Shown one piece after another: positions 34,821 through 43,586 of a stretch of DNA of 50,606 nt. The notes beneath the pieces were generated by a model, which saw only the letters and a list, made by a program, of their open reading frames with translations, did no database searches and was not told where the DNA came from. Origin of the DNA: Candidatus Poseidoniales archaeon. GTDB lineage: Archaea > Thermoplasmatota > Poseidoniia > MGIII > CG-Epi1. Positions within the stretch are counted from its first letter, which is position 1; each line of letters starts with the position of its first letter. The stretch lies in contig JBJLCA010000013.1 in assembly GCA_045567915.1 (NCBI GenBank), positions 1 to 50,606 on the forward strand, read 5' to 3'. Position numbers and translations under genes: made by a program.

Positions 34821-35309
34821 TCATACCCCCATGGTCTCCTTGACAACTGAAATTATGGTATCTATTTCATCGTGACCAAGAGAGAAACGTTCTCTGGCAA
34901 ATATTGATCGAACATCATCTGCGTGCATAGGTAAAACATCCACAATCTTAGCTGCATAATAATCGTTAACATGTTCTAGTTCTATTACTTTATCCATTAT
35001 CTGGGTTGCTTGATCTGGAGTTGCCTGAGTAATCAACCGAACGTGATCTAAAGCTAACTTGTGTTCATATTGTATTTGCTCAATTAAAATTAATCTTTGT
35101 GAATCGCATTTTTCACAAACTGGACCTGTATATTCTTCAGATTCTTCATCATCTTCTGATTTTTCAGTTTCAGGTTCGACGTCAGGTACTGCTTGAAAAT
35201 GACCGCAATCTACGCATCTCAAACGATTTTCTCTTACACTTAATTCTTTTTCAAGTAGCTCTTTTGCTACACCTAAAGGTACTGGTTCTGGTTGTTTTTC
35301 TACGTCCAT
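34821..35309 (-). CDS. rpoF: DNA-directed RNA polymerase subunit Rpo4 (RpoF) with an internal Cys4 insertion
   Basis: VAKELLEKE... then YEHKLALDHV..ATPDQATQIMDKVIEL..YYAAKIVDVLPMHADDVRSIFARER matches the RpoF helical domain. The gene lies between rpl21e and DUF655. It is 162 aa, against ~110 aa in the RpoF sequences I recall. Confidence 0.7.
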   Translation of the reverse strand: MDVEKQPEPVPLGVAKELLEKELSVRENRLRCVDCGHFQAVPDVEPETEKSEDDEESEEYTGPVCEKCDSQRLILIEQIQYEHKLALDHVRLITQATPDQATQIMDKVIELEHVNDYYAAKIVDVLPMHADDVRSIFARERFSLGHDEIDTIISVVKETMGV

Positions 35310-35318
35310 TTTATATTC

Positions 35319-35612
35319 CTACTTAGCTTTCCTAAGATGCTCAGGTCTGACTATCAATTCCTTAAGCATATTACCAACACGTGTTGATACCACATAAGCT
35401 TTGCCTTGATTTCCTGTAACTTTACCTGTTAATCCATGAAATCTATGGTGTGGTTGACCCTTTTGATATGATGGATCTATTACAACGTTAACTGTATCTC
35501 CCACATCAAATGTTTGTAACGAACGGGTAATTGGAGAAAGTCCCTTCTCCTTAAAAGAGCGTGAAAGTTTGTGGCGTGAACCACTCCTTAATCCTTGTGA
35601 TCTTTTGGTCAT
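35319..35612 (-). CDS. rpl21e: 50S ribosomal protein L21e (eL21)
   Basis: MTKRSQGLRSGSRHKL, FDVGDTVNVVIDPSYQKGQPHHRFHGLTGKV, IVRPEHLR. Confidence 0.92.
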   Translation of the reverse strand: MTKRSQGLRSGSRHKLSRSFKEKGLSPITRSLQTFDVGDTVNVVIDPSYQKGQPHHRFHGLTGKVTGNQGKAYVVSTRVGNMLKELIVRPEHLRKAK

Positions 35613-36850
35613 TTTGTTTCCTCTTGATTTTCAAGGTGAAGGTTAAGGACATCCAAAACCTCTACCTTGCATGCTCCATCAACCAGCGATGAAAAACTAG
35701 GAACCGTACGTTCCATATCTCCGCTAACAAGTTCACGAATATACGTACCATGCTGAGCCCTGATTTCTAACTCGACCATGCCTTGCTCAAAAGATAATAT
35801 TTTTACCGATTGCACAAAGCGTGGGCGTATCAAATCTGCTCTACGGTGCGCTACACGTGTCGGTGTCCGCTGCTTGACAAGCTTCTCCTTCAACCGCTGC
35901 GCCCCGTTCTTAAGGCTTTCTATAGTCAAATCCTCTGGAATAGACACATCGACACGATATGACTTGTCACAAACAGTATTCTTAAGTTCCGCAACTCTTG
36001 CTCTGGGTACAATTTCCAAATCTCTAACTTGTATGCGACCTTCATTTACAGCATTAATCTCTTCTTTCATCTCTCCTAAGTCAATATTTCGATCTTTAGG
36101 CATACGTAATTCTAAAACAAAAGGCCTGCCAAAACCTAGCATTGCTGCGTCAATATCCTCACGACCCATTCCATGAAACAAATTTTCAGTAGAATTTGTA
36201 ACTTTCATAAAAGGTTCAGCAACAAGTGATTGAACTGAATCGGGATAAAGCAAACCTGAACCATTACAATTCTTACACCCTCTTCCTTTACATTTCCTGC
36301 ATGGCCAATATGTTTGAGGTATTGTTCTATCAAATTTATTATATTTACCTTCAATAAATATAGACTTTATCTCTAAATTTACAGTATCATATCTAGTATC
36401 TATAATTATCGTAGAATCTGGCCTATCAAGTCTTGCTGATAGGTTAATTTTCTGATAAACTCCAATACCTATCTCCCTATTCAACTGCGATTTAATACTC
36501 TCAAATAAATTAGTTCCAAAAATAGCTGCAAATTCGCTTTCAATTTCAATAATCTCCTTATCCACTACAGTCCCTATTTTGAAAGTGTCTAGAGAATAAT
36601 CTGAAATGGATTCACAAGACAAATCAATAAAATTATCAATTTCACCAATCAATCCATCACAAATATTACAATCCTCTGAATCACATATCATTTCATTTTC
36701 GATATTTGAATTATTAGAGATATCAATGAGATTGATCATTTCAAGGCCCCTCTCTCGATTATCTAAACCAAAACCTACTAGTCCAACTGAACGGCCTAAA
36801 CAGGAAACACAGAATGGAGCATATCTCTTTATTTCTTCTAAATCAAACAT
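35609..36850 (-). CDS. pus10: tRNA pseudouridine(54/55) synthase Pus10
   Basis: N-terminal zinc module (CVSCLGR...CNICDG), THUMP-like middle, CRKCKGRGCKNCNGSG, and catalytic-domain motif GREDIDAAMLGFGRPFVLE. Confidence 0.85.
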   Translation of the reverse strand: MFDLEEIKRYAPFCVSCLGRSVGLVGFGLDNRERGLEMINLIDISNNSNIENEMICDSEDCNICDGLIGEIDNFIDLSCESISDYSLDTFKIGTVVDKEIIEIESEFAAIFGTNLFESIKSQLNREIGIGVYQKINLSARLDRPDSTIIIDTRYDTVNLEIKSIFIEGKYNKFDRTIPQTYWPCRKCKGRGCKNCNGSGLLYPDSVQSLVAEPFMKVTNSTENLFHGMGREDIDAAMLGFGRPFVLELRMPKDRNIDLGEMKEEINAVNEGRIQVRDLEIVPRARVAELKNTVCDKSYRVDVSIPEDLTIESLKNGAQRLKEKLVKQRTPTRVAHRRADLIRPRFVQSVKILSFEQGMVELEIRAQHGTYIRELVSGDMERTVPSFSSLVDGACKVEVLDVLNLHLENQEETK

Positions 36851-37451
36851 CTTTTAAATTTGGATGAGCCTGAAAAAGCTTTCTAGGTACATCTGTTACT
36901 ACAGACTGGATATCACTGTTTATTAAATCTTTTAAAAGAAATAAATCATTAACCGTCCAAAGTTGTATGGGTATTCCTAAATTTTCGAATCGTTTCATTA
37001 ACCCCATTTCGTATATTTTATAAAATGGAGATATGAAATCTGCTTTCGAATAATGAAATTCCGTCATAAATATAGATTCTTTTAGTATTCTGTAAAAAAC
37101 TCGATAATTAATCGAGTCTCCTATCAATAAACCTGCAGTGATTTTAGAATCTAAAGTCTTAACTTTTCTAATAACTGAGGGTAAGAAAGAAGTTACAAAT
37201 ATTTTATCATAACTAAAAGTAGACGTTAGTAGATTAACTATTTTATCTTCAAATCCTTTCTCTTTAATTTCTAAGTTTACTCCTACTTTATCTTTACAAA
37301 TATCAATAACTTCCTCAATTTTACATATTGATTTCTTTAAATTTTTCAAAACATCATAAGTTAAATCTGAAATCATTCTATTGTCTACTGTTGCATCGTG
37401 ATGACAAACTAAACGTCCGTCTTTTGTACTTCTAACATCGAATTCAATCAT
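36843..37451 (-). CDS. Glycerophosphodiester phosphodiesterase (GDPD) family, main ORF lacking the N-terminal HRG segment
   Basis: MIEFDVRSTKDGRLVCHHDATV is the GDPD E-x-D-V...HD core, and the C-terminal QLWTVND is typical. The N-terminal catalytic segment is found upstream in another frame (next feature). Confidence 0.7.
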   Translation of the reverse strand: MIEFDVRSTKDGRLVCHHDATVDNRMISDLTYDVLKNLKKSICKIEEVIDICKDKVGVNLEIKEKGFEDKIVNLLTSTFSYDKIFVTSFLPSVIRKVKTLDSKITAGLLIGDSINYRVFYRILKESIFMTEFHYSKADFISPFYKIYEMGLMKRFENLGIPIQLWTVNDLFLLKDLINSDIQSVVTDVPRKLFQAHPNLKDV

Positions 37452-37464
37452 ATCTACCCCTAAC

Positions 37465-37551
37465 TTAATCGCCCTCTTGAATTCCTATTAAAACATTCTC
37501 AGGACTAACCAAATCAACCTTTCCTCTATGTGAAATAATTAGGGGAGACAT
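37465..37551 (-). pseudogene. Detached N-terminal fragment of the same GDPD gene (frameshift near a GGG run at ~37472-37474)
   Basis: ATG 37551 gives MSPLIISHRGKVDLVSPENVLIGIQEGD-stop. Shifting one base at ~37471-37475 joins ...ENVLIGIQE to AIKLGVDMIEFDV, restoring the canonical HRG...EN(T)...A...G.D.iE.DV N-terminus. A TATA-like box (37568-37581, minus) sits 24 nt upstream of this ATG. Confidence 0.6.
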
Positions 37552-37610
37552 ACATAGCCATACAGATGTTTAAATATTAAATACTCTAAGTAGATAAAGG
37601 TTTGATTAAT

Positions 37611-38549
37611 ATGGAAAGTGATTCTAATTTTAGCGGAAGTTCGTCAAACAGGATTCAAAATCTAGTCGAAGATTTAGGGGATGAAAATTTCGGAACACGC
37701 AATGAAGCATTAATGACACTAAAAGCAATGTTACCTACAAGTGAGGTTTCTATTTCAAACGCACTTGTTGAAGTGATAAATGAACATGGAGATAATAAAG
37801 CTGGAAGCAATACCTCTTTTGTTAATAAAGGAGCTATTGAACTATTTCAAGACATGTCTGAATTGGGACTTGAACCTCTCGTTAATGATTTACTGAAAGA
37901 TGGAGATGTTTTTGCTAGAAGAGTTGCAACTGATGCAATGGGTAGAACTGGAAGAATGGCTGTTTTACCTTACTTAATAGAATGTATGAATGATGATGAC
38001 ATGTATGTAAGATGGCAAGCTGCTAAAGGTTTAGGTCGATTTGCTGGATCTAGTGATGCTCGCGATGCTCTTGTTAATTCTATGGATGATTCAAAACCAT
38101 ACGTAAGGAAAAGAGTTGCTCGATCTTTAGAGGTATTTGGAGGTGCTGGACCTGTTGATGAAAAAGTTAAGGGACCGATGGAAAAAGACGGCAAAGGTGA
38201 CATTGATGGAGATGGAATACCTGACTCTAAAGATGAGAAACCAAGAAAAGCTAAAAAGAAGAAAGGTAAGAGCAAAGAAGATGATTTAGCTAGAATTGCA
38301 GACAAAAAGGAAAGTATTGACTTTAAGACACTTGGGACTGCTAGTGAAGATGATAAAGACGATTTGAAAAACATAAAGGGTATTGGACCCTTCTTAGAGC
38401 AAAAGCTTAACGCATTAGGGATTTACACTTACAAACAAATTTCGAATATGACTCCTGAACTTGAAGATCAAGTTAATGAAGCGATAGAATTTTTCCCAGG
38501 CAGGATAAAAAGAGATAATTGGGTTAAGCAAGCAAAAGATCTGAAATAA
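37611..38549 (+). CDS. HEAT-repeat (PBS-lyase type) protein with Lys-rich linker and C-terminal helix-hairpin-helix-like domain
   Basis: Repeats DGDVFARRVATDAMGRTG, DDDMYVRWQAAKGLGRF, DSKPYVRKRVARSLE. Linker KPRKAKKKKGKSK. C-terminus IKGIGPFLEQKLNALGIYTYKQI...FPGRIKRDNWVKQAK. An alternative TTG start lies at 37602. Confidence 0.55.
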   Translation: MESDSNFSGSSSNRIQNLVEDLGDENFGTRNEALMTLKAMLPTSEVSISNALVEVINEHGDNKAGSNTSFVNKGAIELFQDMSELGLEPLVNDLLKDGDVFARRVATDAMGRTGRMAVLPYLIECMNDDDMYVRWQAAKGLGRFAGSSDARDALVNSMDDSKPYVRKRVARSLEVFGGAGPVDEKVKGPMEKDGKGDIDGDGIPDSKDEKPRKAKKKKGKSKEDDLARIADKKESIDFKTLGTASEDDKDDLKNIKGIGPFLEQKLNALGIYTYKQISNMTPELEDQVNEAIEFFPGRIKRDNWVKQAKDLK

Positions 38550-38550
38550 A

Positions 38551-39891
38551 CTAAGGCGTCGTCCTGCGCATTGTGCGAGGGAAAGGAATTACATGCTTAA
38601 TGTGGTCTGAACCACATATCCAGCTTACAGTTCTATCTATACCTAGACCAAAACCGGAGTGAGGAACACTACCAAATTTACGAATATCTAAGTACCAACC
38701 ATAGGATTCTGGTTCTAAGCCCTCTTCACGAATTCTCTCGGTTAACTCATCTGGGGACCAAACTCTTTCTCCACCGCCAATAATTTCTCCATATCCTTCT
38801 GGAGCTAATAAATCATGACAAACAAGAGATTTAGGGTCATTTGGATCTGGTCTATGATAAAACCCTTTCTCTCGAGGAAAGTTAGTTATGTACATTGGAG
38901 AAGTTAAATCTTGAGTTAATGCTTTTTCTTCTTTGTAACCAAAATCATCACCCCACGATAAATCAAAACCCATTGAATTTAACTTATCAAGAACTTCCTC
39001 ATATGTAAATCTTTCAAATGGGGCTTTAATATTCTCAAGAACTGAAATATCCCTACCGAGTATTTCTAATTCTCTTCTATTAGAAGATAATACTGATTCT
39101 ATAATATGCATAATCATGCCTTCTTCCAATTCCATCATTTGATGATTGTGCATCCAAGCAGACTCTACTTCAGCATGCCAAAACTCAGTTAAATGACGAC
39201 GTGTTCTAGATTTTTCTGCACGAAATGAAGGCGCTAATGTAAAAATATTTTCTAAGCCAAACATCGTAGCTTCGGCATACAATTGCCAGGATTGACTTAA
39301 ATGGGCATAAAATTTTTGACCTGTTTTTTCCTTTTCATCATCATAATATACATTGAATAATGTTGAACCACCTTCACACGCAGAAGTCGTGAAACTTGGA
39401 GATTGAATTTCTGTAAATTTATTATCTGTCCAATAATCCCTAAATGCCTTAAAAACTGTAGATCTGACTTTGAGAGATGCAACCATTTTCTGACTACGGA
39501 GCCATAAATGCCTGTTATTCAATAAATGTTCATCACTTTGATCTTTTGTAATTGGAAAAGTATCTGCGAAATGAAATACTTGAAAATCTGTAGCTCTTAT
39601 TTCCCAGCCGCCAGGTGCTCTATCATCTTTTGCTGGAGTGCCTTTAACTATTACTGAAGATTCAATTAACGCCTTTCTAGCATCTGCGAATGAATCTTCA
39701 TTAACATTTTGCTTGGATACGGTAGTTTGAATACTGCCTGTAGAATCTCTTAATACAATAAATGCCAATTTTCCTGATGAACGAGTCCTGTAAATCCAAC
39801 CCCTCACCGAAATTTCTTCCTCACACTCGCCGGCGAGAACTTTGCCAATCTGCGTAAATTCATCATGATTTGGAAATTCAGGATAACTCAT
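38551..39891 (-). CDS. asnS: Asparaginyl-tRNA synthetase (class IIb)
   Basis: OB anticodon-binding N-domain (VRGWIYRTRSSGKLAFIVLRD). Motif 2 FRAEKSRTRRHLTEFWHAEVE has the EFW context of AsnRS rather than AspRS. Motif 3 is GFGLGIDRTVSWI. AspRS cannot be fully excluded without a search. Confidence 0.8.
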   Translation of the reverse strand: MSYPEFPNHDEFTQIGKVLAGECEEEISVRGWIYRTRSSGKLAFIVLRDSTGSIQTTVSKQNVNEDSFADARKALIESSVIVKGTPAKDDRAPGGWEIRATDFQVFHFADTFPITKDQSDEHLLNNRHLWLRSQKMVASLKVRSTVFKAFRDYWTDNKFTEIQSPSFTTSACEGGSTLFNVYYDDEKEKTGQKFYAHLSQSWQLYAEATMFGLENIFTLAPSFRAEKSRTRRHLTEFWHAEVESAWMHNHQMMELEEGMIMHIIESVLSSNRRELEILGRDISVLENIKAPFERFTYEEVLDKLNSMGFDLSWGDDFGYKEEKALTQDLTSPMYITNFPREKGFYHRPDPNDPKSLVCHDLLAPEGYGEIIGGGERVWSPDELTERIREEGLEPESYGWYLDIRKFGSVPHSGFGLGIDRTVSWICGSDHIKHVIPFPRTMRRTTP

Positions 39892-39966
39892 ACTTTGTCA
39901 ACTAGATATGCCCAAATAATACTTCCCACAAGATTTAATTAATGTCAAGTTTTTACAATTTATAGT

Positions 39967-40179
39967 ATGTATGGAATTATATGTTGCCCTAAATGCAGAT
40001 TTGTTACAGGAATCGATTTGCAATTTAAATCAAAGAAATGTATCAAATGTAATTACAATATTAATCTCAAAAAAGTACGTATAATTTTCAAAACTGAAGA
40101 TAATAACGAACTAGGCGATCTTATTAAAGATGCAAGAAAACGAGTTGAAAGTGGAAATTTATTTGTTGATTCACAGTAG
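39967..40179 (+). CDS. Small zinc-ribbon protein (archaeal DUF1922-like)
   Basis: CPKC..16 aa..CIKC in the first 30 residues followed by a short helical tail. The size and layout resemble the small archaeal Zn-ribbon family. The assignment is tentative. Confidence 0.45.
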   Translation: MYGIICCPKCRFVTGIDLQFKSKKCIKCNYNINLKKVRIIFKTEDNNELGDLIKDARKRVESGNLFVDSQ

Positions 40180-40223
40180 GTCGCATTTTAAATACGGTGG
40201 GCGAGTGCGACCATCCTAATAAT

Positions 40224-40328
40224 ATGAAGAGAAGCTCTCGAGTTTGGAAAAAAGCCGGAAAGCAACGTTGGAAATGGCGTAAAAAGAAAATGCGCCGTCG
40301 TAAGCGTGAAAGAAGGCGTAACAAGTAG
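40224..40328 (+). CDS. rpl41e: 50S ribosomal protein L41e (eL41), 34 codons
   Basis: Below the ORF-track cut-off. ATG 40224 to TAG 40328 encodes MKRSSRVWKKAGKQRWKWRKKKMRRRKRERRRNK, colinear with archaeal L41e as I recall it (..KRSSRRWKKKGRMRWKWYKKRLRRLKRERKR..). A TATA-like ttttaaata lies at 40186-40194. Confidence 0.75.
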   Translation: MKRSSRVWKKAGKQRWKWRKKKMRRRKRERRRNK

Positions 40329-40384
40329 TTTTAAAGAAGTTTTAGACACATTTCCTTATAACACCTTCACAATAGGAATTTAGG

Positions 40385-41998
40385 ATGCCAGTCATTAACA
40401 TAGTACTAGAAGATTTAAATCGAATGCTTAAAGATAAATTGTCTTCTACGGATTTTGCTAACATCATACCTAAAATAGGTGCAGATCCCGATGAAATAAA
40501 TGACTCAGAAGCTGTTGTTGAATTCTTTCCAGATAGGCCCGATTTACTTTCAACTGAAGGTGTTGCAAGAGCTTTGCGAGCTTTTACTGAACAAAAATTA
40601 GGTCTGGTGGAATATGAAGTAAAACCACCTACTACACAGATGTTAATCTCACCTGAAGTATTAGAGATTAGGCCATCTATTTCTGCAGGTGTTGTAAGAG
40701 GAGTGACTCTTGACGACATAGCAATAAAGAGCCTAATGGAACTTCAAGAAAAGCTACATGTAACGCTTGGTAGAAAGAGAAAAAAAGTTTCTATAGGAAT
40801 TCATGATTTATCAAAATTGGAAGGGCCTTTTAGTTATGATATTTGCTCACCACATGAACCGGCCTTTGTTCCTTTGCAAAAGGACTACGAAATGACTCCC
40901 CAAGAGATATTGGAAGAGCATCCAAAAGGAATTGAATACGCCCACTTACTTTCTGAGTTTAAGAAATACCCTATCATAAAAGATTCAAACGATGAAGTTG
41001 CGTCTTTGCCTCCAATAATTAACGGAGCTTTGACTACGATCACTGAAGATACTACTGATGTACTTATAGACGTTACAGGACTGGAGGATAAGGCTGTTGA
41101 ATCTTGTCTTAACATAGTAGGGGCTGCTTTAGTTGAAAGAGGCGGTACATTAGAGCAAATTGAGTTAAAATTTCCGTCTGAAAACAAAATTATCCCATCA
41201 ATGGAACCTACTACGCATGAAATTGAAAATAGTTATCTTATAAAATTATTAGGATTTGATCCGGGCCAATTTGTGATTTTTAAAGCATTTAGAAAATGTG
41301 GAATGGAACCTGAACTGAAAGGAGATTGTTGGTCTGTGAAAGTCCCGGCCTATAGAGCAGATATCCTGCATCCTATTGATTTGCTTGAGGAAGTTTCTAT
41401 TGGAATTGGCTATGATGAATTTCCCGAATTTCTACCAAAAGAGACTCTTTTTGGTAAGTCCTTAAAATCGAGGAAACGAGAGGAAAATTGTAGAGAAATA
41501 ATGTTAGGAATAGGATTTCAAGAAGTTGTTACACTTACATTAACATCCAAAAAAATGCTTAATGAATATACTCAAAGGGAAAGTGAAAATGAAACTGAAG
41601 TAGCAAATCCAGTGACTGAAGATTACCATTTGCTAAGATCTAGTATATTGCCTAATTTACTAGAATTACTAAAGCATAATAAGCATCGAGAATTACCACA
41701 AAGAGTCTTTGAAATAGGACAGATTGTTAAAACGCATACAAACCTACAATCACTTGCATGGATGCAAATAGCAAGTAAAAATACGTTTTCCCAGGCTAGA
41801 ACTATCTCTGATAGTATTGCTTTGCGGCTACGAATATCTGGAGAGAATAAAGAATGCAATGATCCTATTTTTATTCCTGGAAGAAGCATTGAAACTAGTG
41901 ACGGGAATATTTTACTAAAATACGGCGAAATACACCCTTTTACGCTTGAAAAGTTTGATTTGGGTTATCCCGTAATTGGTGGAGAAATTCATTGGTAA
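40385..41998 (+). CDS. pheT: Phenylalanyl-tRNA synthetase beta subunit (archaeal type)
   Basis: MPVINIVLEDLNRML, B3/4 and B5 domain layout, PPIINGALTTI, VKVPAYRADILHPIDLLEEV, 537 aa. The TATA-like cttataa at 40355-40361 is 27 nt upstream. Confidence 0.9.
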   Translation: MPVINIVLEDLNRMLKDKLSSTDFANIIPKIGADPDEINDSEAVVEFFPDRPDLLSTEGVARALRAFTEQKLGLVEYEVKPPTTQMLISPEVLEIRPSISAGVVRGVTLDDIAIKSLMELQEKLHVTLGRKRKKVSIGIHDLSKLEGPFSYDICSPHEPAFVPLQKDYEMTPQEILEEHPKGIEYAHLLSEFKKYPIIKDSNDEVASLPPIINGALTTITEDTTDVLIDVTGLEDKAVESCLNIVGAALVERGGTLEQIELKFPSENKIIPSMEPTTHEIENSYLIKLLGFDPGQFVIFKAFRKCGMEPELKGDCWSVKVPAYRADILHPIDLLEEVSIGIGYDEFPEFLPKETLFGKSLKSRKREENCREIMLGIGFQEVVTLTLTSKKMLNEYTQRESENETEVANPVTEDYHLLRSSILPNLLELLKHNKHRELPQRVFEIGQIVKTHTNLQSLAWMQIASKNTFSQARTISDSIALRLRISGENKECNDPIFIPGRSIETSDGNILLKYGEIHPFTLEKFDLGYPVIGGEIHW

Positions 41999-42396
41999 GA
42001 TTACCTATATGCTTTGAATCAAGAACCACTGCGGCTTCCTTTAGAAAACTTTTAGATAAAAAAAAATATAATTACAAACGATTAACTGGAAGTAGAACTT
42101 ATACAAAAGTCTCTTTTGTAATCGCTCATGAAAAAACGGCTATGGTTTACAGATATATATTAGATGAATCAAAATTGAAAGCTGATATTTGGGAAGAAAA
42201 TCCTAGCTCTGGAAACATAACCTATATCGAACTAGAAGGTGACGACGAAAAGATAAAGAAAGAATTGTTGAAAGATTTTATACTCGTTTTACCACGGAAG
42301 CCTTGGGAATATACATTCACTCAGAAGTTAAGAAACGGATGGCTGAGTCAAGGCATTTTTCGGGCTAAATCAAAGTGGGAAAAATATCTAAAATGA
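41992..42396 (+). CDS. Hypothetical protein (134 codons, non-ATG start), wedged between pheT and priS
   Basis: Open frame only. A TTG start overlaps the pheT stop, and its own stop overlaps the priS ATG (ATGA). The first in-frame ATG is codon 50. No motif recognised. Confidence 0.3.
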   Translation: MVRLPICFESRTTAASFRKLLDKKKYNYKRLTGSRTYTKVSFVIAHEKTAMVYRYILDESKLKADIWEENPSSGNITYIELEGDDEKIKKELLKDFILVLPRKPWEYTFTQKLRNGWLSQGIFRAKSKWEKYLK

Positions 42397-43586
42397 GCTT
42401 ACTAAAAGAAATAGAACCCATTAAAACAAAAGATTTTTTAAAAGAAAAGTTCCGTGATTATTACAATTCAGCTAATATCATCCTCCCGCCCAGGTTTACT
42501 TCTAGAGAGTGGGGTTTTTTGAATTGGGGAGGTGGCGTCATGAACAGGCATGTAAGGTTTGGTTCAATGAGTGAAGTCAATGATTATTTGAAAAAAATGG
42601 CTCCTGCCCATTCATATCATTCTGTAGCTTATTACGAAGAGCCTGGAAGCAGAACCATGATTGAAAAAAAGTGGCAGGGTGCTGATTTAATCTTCGATTT
42701 AGATGCCGACCATTTACCTGAAATGGAAGAAGTTAAAAAGGGTAAAATAACTTTTTTAAAATTAATGGAATACATTCGTGAACAAACCTTCAGGCTAGTC
42801 AACGACGTTCTACTAGGAGATTTTGGCTTGGATGAAAAAGATTTACTTATTACATTTAGCGGAGGTAGAGGATATCATGTTCATGTTAGAACTCCTTCTG
42901 TCCTTTCTTTGCCTTCTGGAGCGAGAAGAGAACTTTCAGATTACATGACTGGTAAGGGACTCAATTTAGAAAATGTATTAATAGATGCAGGATACACAAA
43001 AGAGTTTGCAATTAGAGGCAAAGGTATAGAGCGAAAAAACCTCGGAATAAAAAAGCTACCACCAAAAAATTCTAAAGGATGGAGTGGAATTATTTCAAAA
43101 AGAATAAATCAAACACTTGATAATCTTAAACTCCAGAAAGGAGAAGAGTTGGAAAAAAAACTAAAAGAATTACGGCTAGATAAATCAAACGTCAAATTAA
43201 AAGAAGAAAACAATGATATTTTCAATTCCTTATCAAAGGGATTGCAAAAGAATTTAGTTCGGATTGCAGTAAAGAAAGCTGCAATTTTTCCCGATGAACC
43301 TGTTACTGGAGATGTACACCGATTGATAAGATTGCCAGGTTCACTGCATGGGGGTTCAGGATTAAGAGTAACTACAATAAAATCTAAAGAATTAGAACAT
43401 TTCAACCCAATGGTAAGTGCAGTAGCATTTGGAGAAAAACCAGTCAAAATAAGATCTATTGTCAAGCATCCTGTATCTATGGGCGATATCGCAAAACTAA
43501 TGCCTGAAACTGTAGTAGAAGTACCTGAGAAAGCGGCCATATATTTTATGGCCAGAAAATGGGCTAACTTGGTACTTGAAACATGA
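42393..43586 (+). CDS. priS: DNA primase small (catalytic) subunit PriS
   Basis: Catalytic ADLIFDLDADH, FSGGRGYHVHV, RLIRLPGSLHG. The ATG at 42393 overlaps the upstream stop; the ORF track uses a GTG at 42375. Confidence 0.88.
   Translation: MSLLKEIEPIKTKDFLKEKFRDYYNSANIILPPRFTSREWGFLNWGGGVMNRHVRFGSMSEVNDYLKKMAPAHSYHSVAYYEEPGSRTMIEKKWQGADLIFDLDADHLPEMEEVKKGKITFLKLMEYIREQTFRLVNDVLLGDFGLDEKDLLITFSGGRGYHVHVRTPSVLSLPSGARRELSDYMTGKGLNLENVLIDAGYTKEFAIRGKGIERKNLGIKKLPPKNSKGWSGIISKRINQTLDNLKLQKGEELEKKLKELRLDKSNVKLKEENNDIFNSLSKGLQKNLVRIAVKKAAIFPDEPVTGDVHRLIRLPGSLHGGSGLRVTTIKSKELEHFNPMVSAVAFGEKPVKIRSIVKHPVSMGDIAKLMPETVVEVPEKAAIYFMARKWANLVLET

Noticed and set aside
40124-40324. 66-aa minus-strand ORF (Arg/Leu/Phe-rich) from the ORF track
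   Set aside because: It is the antisense shadow of the Arg/Lys-rich rpl41e gene on the plus strand (40224-40328). It has no motif support and a low-complexity composition.
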